This document shows, one piece after another, positions 59,621 to 64,000 of a stretch of DNA of 64,000 nucleotides (its first letter is position 1; every line of letters starts with the position of its first letter). The notes below the pieces were generated by a model, which was not told the origin of the DNA, did not search any database, and saw only the letters and a list, made by a program, of their open reading frames with translations. The position numbers were made by a program, and so were the translations under genes. Source of the DNA: an uncultured Prevotella sp. (GTDB lineage Bacteria > Bacteroidota > Bacteroidia > Bacteroidales > Bacteroidaceae); NCBI GenBank assembly GCA_946546165.1, contig CAMNNX010000001.1:25716-89715 (forward strand), read 5' to 3'.

Positions 59621-60892
59621 TTATTCGCCCTTGATGGCAGCCACACCAGGGAGCACCTTGCCCTCGATGGCCTCGAGCAGAGCACCGCCGCCAGTAGAGA
59701 TGTACGACACCTTGTCGGCCAGCCCGAACTTGTTGACGCAGGCCACCGAGTCGCCGCCACCGATGAGCGAGAAGGCTCCCTCGGCCGTAGCCTTGGCGAT
59801 GGCGTCGCCGATAGCGCGGCTGCCGGCAGTGAAGTTGTCGCACTCGAAGACCCCGGCAGGCCCGTTCCAGAGGATGGTCTTTGCACCGGCGATGGCAGCG
59901 GCGAAGGCCTTCTGGCTCTCTGGACCGGCATCGACGCCCTCGAATCCTGCAGGCACCTTGTTGGCGGGGCAGGTGATAATCTCTGCGCCGGGCTTGACCG
60001 TCATGGTGTCGAAGTCGAGCCCGTTGGTAGCGGTGCAGTCGGTGCCGAGCACCAGTTCTACGCCGTTCTTCTTGGCCAGTTCCTCGACGCCCAGTGCGAC
60101 GTCCAGTTTGTCGAGTTCTACGATGGAATCGCCGATTTCGCCGTTGTGAGCCTTGGCGAAGGTGTATGTCATGCCACCGCAGAGGATGAGTTTGTCGACC
60201 TTGCCGAGCAGGTTCTCGATGATGCCGATTTTCGACGACACCTTAGAGCCGCCCATGATGGCCACGAAGGGTCGCTTGATGTTAGAGAGCACGTTGTCGA
60301 CAGCCTGCACCTCTTTCTCCATGAGCAGACCGAGCATTTTCGAGTCGGCGTCGAAGTAGTCGGCGATGACAGCCGTAGAGGCGTGCTTGCGGTGAGCGGT
60401 GCCGAAGGCATCCATCACGTAGCAGTCGGCATAGGAGGCGAGGGTCTTGGCGAAGTCCTTCTGACGGGCCTTCATCTCTTTCTTGGCGGCGTCGTAGGCA
60501 GGGTCGGCCTTGTCGATGCCGACGGGCTTGCCTTCCTCTTCGGGATAGAAGCGGAGGTTCTCCAGCAGCAGTGCCTGGCCCATCTTCAGGGCAGCAGCCT
60601 CTGCCTGAGCCTTGGCACAGTCGGGAGCGAAGGCCACGGGCACGCCGAGCGCCTTCTCTACAGCCTCGCGAATCTGTCCGAGGCTCTTCTTCATGTCCAC
60701 CTTGCCTTTGGGCTTGCCCATGTGGCTCATGATGATGACGGCGCCGCCATCGGCCAGGATCTTCTTCAAAGTGGGCAGCGCACCGCGGATGCGGGTGTCG
60801 TCAGTAATCTTACCATTCTCGTCGAGGGGCACGTTGAAGTCAACGCGCACGATTGCCTTTTTACCGGCAAAGTTCATTTCGTTGATAGTCAT
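59621..60892 (-). CDS. pgk: Phosphoglycerate kinase
   Basis: [49 protein letters not shown]; TACCTTTG promoter element at 60956-60963 (-). Confidence 0.98.
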   Translation of the reverse strand: MTINEMNFAGKKAIVRVDFNVPLDENGKITDDTRIRGALPTLKKILADGGAVIIMSHMGKPKGKVDMKKSLGQIREAVEKALGVPVAFAPDCAKAQAEAAALKMGQALLLENLRFYPEEEGKPVGIDKADPAYDAAKKEMKARQKDFAKTLASYADCYVMDAFGTAHRKHASTAVIADYFDADSKMLGLLMEKEVQAVDNVLSNIKRPFVAIMGGSKVSSKIGIIENLLGKVDKLILCGGMTYTFAKAHNGEIGDSIVELDKLDVALGVEELAKKNGVELVLGTDCTATNGLDFDTMTVKPGAEIITCPANKVPAGFEGVDAGPESQKAFAAAIAGAKTILWNGPAGVFECDNFTAGSRAIGDAIAKATAEGAFSLIGGGDSVACVNKFGLADKVSYISTGGGALLEAIEGKVLPGVAAIKGE

Positions 60893-61059
60893 TTTGTTAA
60901 AAAATTAAGTATAATGTTTAAATATAATGTGTACGTTTTACTCTCGTTTTGCTTGCAAAGGTAATGCTTTTCGTCGAAAAAGCGTAAAAGCAGAGACAGA
61001 ATTTATACTTTTTTTGCGTCCTGTCCCTGCTTCTGCTATCTTGACGTGGCAAATGGTGT

Positions 61060-63177
61060 CTATAAACGGAAGGTGTAGCGTGCTCCGATGGTGAACCATG
61101 CGCCGGGTTGCGCCACGTTGCCAAAGTCGACGTAGGAGCGGTTGTCGAGCAGGTTGTTCACCTCGGCATAGACGGTGTAGCGCGGCGCTTTCCATTGCAG
61201 CCGTGCGTCCATGAGGGCGTAGGGGCGATAGTCGCGAATGTCGCCGTCGAAGGTGGTGTAGGCCCCCACACGATCCTGCCAGCGCAGGCCGACGCGCAGA
61301 GAGAGTTGCCGCCAGAGGTTGCTCTGGGCCGAGGCCACCAGTTTGTGGCGCAGATACTCAAGGGCGTATTGCGACACGATGCCCGGTTCGAGGTCTTTGT
61401 CCTGCGTGATGTAACTGTAGGAGAGGTGCAGGGTGGGAAGGGCAGACGGCTGCTGCCGCAGTTGCGACAGGTCGGCCGTCACACTGGCCTCGATGCCGTA
61501 GGCGTTCAGCCGTGTGTGGTTGACACTCTGCCAGACGTTCCAGTCTTGGATGTTGGTGTCCATGATCCAGTCGATCATGTTCTTGCCGTGGTGGTAGTAG
61601 GCCGTCACCTTAGTCTGCAGCAGGGGCGACGCATACTGTGCGCCCACCTCGACGGCCTGCATCTCTTCAGGCTTCAGATGCGGGTCGGCGGCGTAGCCCT
61701 GCAGTTTGTAGTACATCTCGGTGAACGACGGCAGTCGCAGCGATGAGTTGAACGAGGCGAAGACCTTCGCGTTGTTGCCGATGCGATAACTGACGTCGAT
61801 GCCCGGATAGACGGTGAGGCTCATGTCGCTCTTGCTGCTCTTGGCAGCCACGAACCCGGCGGAGATGGTCAATCGGTCGAGCAGGATGTTGTGTTCGAGA
61901 AAGGCCGACAGGTTGGTGCGGCTGATGCCCAGCGTATAGTCGCGGTCGGTGCCGCTGATGTGGATGGGTTCCGACAGCGGCTCGCCCAGGTTGCCGCTCA
62001 CCAGGTCTTCCAGACGTACCTCTGCACCGAAGGCTGTGCGGCCAAAAGTCCAATCAAAGTAACCGTTTAGTTTCCAGCCGAATACATTTGTTCGATTGTA
62101 GTTGAACTTCATGATATCCGGCCGGTCTCTGTAGCCCTGATAGTTGTCGTAGTTGTGATTCCAATAGAAGGCCGGTTGGAAGTGTACGAAGCCCTTCTTG
62201 TTCTCCACCGTGACGGCAGAAAACACCTTGCGTGTCTTCTCGTACTGCTCGTCGGCCTGCCAGCGTGGCGTGGCATAGAAGGTGCCGGAGCCCCATTGGC
62301 GGTTAGACATGCCCAGATGCCAGGCGGCACGCAGGCGGTCGTTGTCGTAGTTGCCGTGGAGAAAGGCTTTCAGGGCGTTGAAATCGGTGTTGAGGTGCCC
62401 TTCGGCAGAGCGCGAATAGCCGTCGCTCCGTGTTGTGCCGGCACTGATGGCCAGGTGGAGCGGGTCGTCGCTGTCGCCCATCTTCATGCCGGCGCCGAAG
62501 CGGGCATAGCCGAAGGAGCCGCCTTCGAGCGCGAGGCTGATGTCGCGCCGGGGTGTGCCGGTGTCGCTGCCTTCGTCGGGGGTGCATTGTGCCGAGGTGA
62601 CGATGTTGATGGCCCCCACGAGCGAAGAGGTGCCATAGACGCGTCCGGCGGGACCTTCGAGCACTTCTATCCTGACAATGTCGCTCAGGTCGCACGGCAG
62701 GTCGAGTGCGTTGTGGCCCGTCTGCGGGTCGCAGATATTGATGCCGTTGAGCAGGATCATGATTTGCTCCTGAGTGCCTCCACGGATGCTGATGTCGGTC
62801 TGGGCGCCTAAGGCACCCCGTTGCCGGATGTCGACGCCGACGGCCATCTTGAGCAAATCGTTAATACTTTGTACTGGCGCCTGGGCAATGTCCTCACGGC
62901 TCAGTACAGTGACCATTCTCGCTGCCTGACTCTTGGTCAGGGGTGCGCGTGAGCCGGTGACGGCCACATCGTCGAGCCACACCTCGCTGACTGCCTTGGT
63001 CGAATCGACGCGCCACGTCTCATCGCTGATGCCCGCTGCCTTAGTAGCCGACAGCGTAGCCACGCTCAGTACCGATATGAGCACCTCGCGTCCCAAGCAC
63101 GCAAAGAGTGAGTAGCCTTTCCGCTGAAAATGTCGGAAGACGATAATCTCGCGCTGTAGGAAAATTGGTTTATACAT
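61060..63177 (-). CDS. TonB-dependent receptor (BtuB-like)
   Basis: LDDVAVTGSR, RIEVLEGPAGRVYGTSSLVGAINIVT plug motif, terminal YTFRL. Start set to MYKPIF, downstream of TACCTTTG at 63203-63210 (-). Confidence 0.9.
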   Translation of the reverse strand: MYKPIFLQREIIVFRHFQRKGYSLFACLGREVLISVLSVATLSATKAAGISDETWRVDSTKAVSEVWLDDVAVTGSRAPLTKSQAARMVTVLSREDIAQAPVQSINDLLKMAVGVDIRQRGALGAQTDISIRGGTQEQIMILLNGINICDPQTGHNALDLPCDLSDIVRIEVLEGPAGRVYGTSSLVGAINIVTSAQCTPDEGSDTGTPRRDISLALEGGSFGYARFGAGMKMGDSDDPLHLAISAGTTRSDGYSRSAEGHLNTDFNALKAFLHGNYDNDRLRAAWHLGMSNRQWGSGTFYATPRWQADEQYEKTRKVFSAVTVENKKGFVHFQPAFYWNHNYDNYQGYRDRPDIMKFNYNRTNVFGWKLNGYFDWTFGRTAFGAEVRLEDLVSGNLGEPLSEPIHISGTDRDYTLGISRTNLSAFLEHNILLDRLTISAGFVAAKSSKSDMSLTVYPGIDVSYRIGNNAKVFASFNSSLRLPSFTEMYYKLQGYAADPHLKPEEMQAVEVGAQYASPLLQTKVTAYYHHGKNMIDWIMDTNIQDWNVWQSVNHTRLNAYGIEASVTADLSQLRQQPSALPTLHLSYSYITQDKDLEPGIVSQYALEYLRHKLVASAQSNLWRQLSLRVGLRWQDRVGAYTTFDGDIRDYRPYALMDARLQWKAPRYTVYAEVNNLLDNRSYVDFGNVAQPGAWFTIGARYTFRL

Positions 63178-63348
63178 ACTGTTGTAAAATAGAAAACGGG
63201 TGCAAAGGTAGGCATTATTTTTCGAAAAGCGTGCGAAGATGAAATAATATTCCAAAATAAACCGTAAATGTTTCGCCGTCTCCATTTTTTTTAGTACCTT
63301 TGCAGCCGCTAAGAAGCGAACAATATTGTTATAACATTAAATAGTTTT

Positions 63349-63699
63349 ATGAATTTCACAATGTTAATCACCGTCTTGGTGACGGCTGTTACTTTGGTGG
63401 CATCCGCTTATGTGATGGCGAAACTATTGGGTCCGCGATCTTACAACAAGATCAAGGGAGAGCCGTTTGAATGCGGCATTCCCACGCACGGCTCCAGTTG
63501 GATACCCATCAACGTAGGCTATTATCTGTTTGCCATCCTCTTTCTCATGTTCGATGTGGAAACGGTGTTTCTGTATCCATGGGCTGTAGTTGTGAAGCAG
63601 TTCGGCTCGATGGCCCTGCTGTCGGTCGGCTTCTTCTTGGTAGTATTAGTATTTGGCCTGGCATACGCCTGGCGGAAAGGAGCACTGGAATGGAAGTAA
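63349..63699 (+). CDS. nuoA: NADH-quinone oxidoreductase subunit A
   Basis: KGEPFECG, LFLMFDVETVFLYPWA, KGALEW; TACCTTTG promoter element at 63295-63302. Confidence 0.96.
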   Translation: MNFTMLITVLVTAVTLVASAYVMAKLLGPRSYNKIKGEPFECGIPTHGSSWIPINVGYYLFAILFLMFDVETVFLYPWAVVVKQFGSMALLSVGFFLVVLVFGLAYAWRKGALEWK

Positions 63700-64000
63700 G
63701 AAAACCGAAAATCAAGGCTTTGCCCTACGACGAGTTCAAGGACAACGAGTCGTTGGAGAAGATTGTTGACGAACTCCATGAGGGTGGCGTCAACGTGGTG
63801 ACCGGCAATCTGGACTCGCTCATTAACTGGGGTCGCAGTAATTCACTGTGGTCGCTGACCTTCGCCACCTCTTGCTGCGGCATCGAGTTCATGGCCTGCG
63901 GCTGTGCCCGCTACGACTTCTCGCGCTTCGGCTTCGAGGTGACGCGCAACTCACCCCGTCAGGCCGACCTCATTATGTGTGCCGGTACCATCACCCACAA
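63690..64000 (+). CDS. nuoB: NADH-quinone oxidoreductase subunit B (partial)
   Basis: Hand translation MEVRKPKIK...NWGRSNSLWSLTFATSCCGIEFM...SPRQADLIMCAGTITH; overlaps the nuoA stop; runs off the right edge. Confidence 0.95.
   Translation, partial: MEVRKPKIKALPYDEFKDNESLEKIVDELHEGGVNVVTGNLDSLINWGRSNSLWSLTFATSCCGIEFMACGCARYDFSRFGFEVTRNSPRQADLIMCAGTITH

Overview
A GC-rich Bacteroidales (Prevotella-like) chromosomal window, judged from TAnnTTTG -7 promoters, smalltalk/HU/amidase genes, TonB receptors and GH43. From left to right: (1) a minus-strand five-gene locus, srfB (actin/Hsp70-fold ATPase) - srfC (P-loop GTPase-like) - membrane-anchored S8 subtilase with an apparent SrfA-type C-terminal domain - membrane protein - TRAFAC-type GTPase running off the left edge; (2) an intergenic block of three different 22-bp tandem arrays, an AT-rich tract and a nested perfect palindrome; (3) ligA with an in-frame 14x9-bp repeat; (4) an AraC-headed accessory FAS-II/aryl-polyene-like lipid cluster; (5) GH43, ABC-F and M13 peptidase; (6) a compact operon of zinc-ribbon protein - membrane Ser/Thr kinase - four-module SpoVK/CbbX-type AAA+ ATPase - FHA - PP2C; (7) metA, U32/RlhA-like gene, membrane lipoprotein and a TonB receptor; (8) an AT-rich island of eight apparently exported proteins behind a structured ~500-nt leader; (9) a decayed HU/smalltalk/amidase module; (10) pgk, a TonB receptor, nuoA and partial nuoB. 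I saw no CRISPR, tRNA, rRNA, integrase or transposase. The best candidates for undescribed systems are the protease-fused SrfABC-GTPase locus (1-10942), the kinase/quadruple-AAA/FHA/PP2C operon (33918-42540) and the low-GC envelope island (48.7-56.7 kb). All family assignments come from reading motifs by eye; no searches were run.
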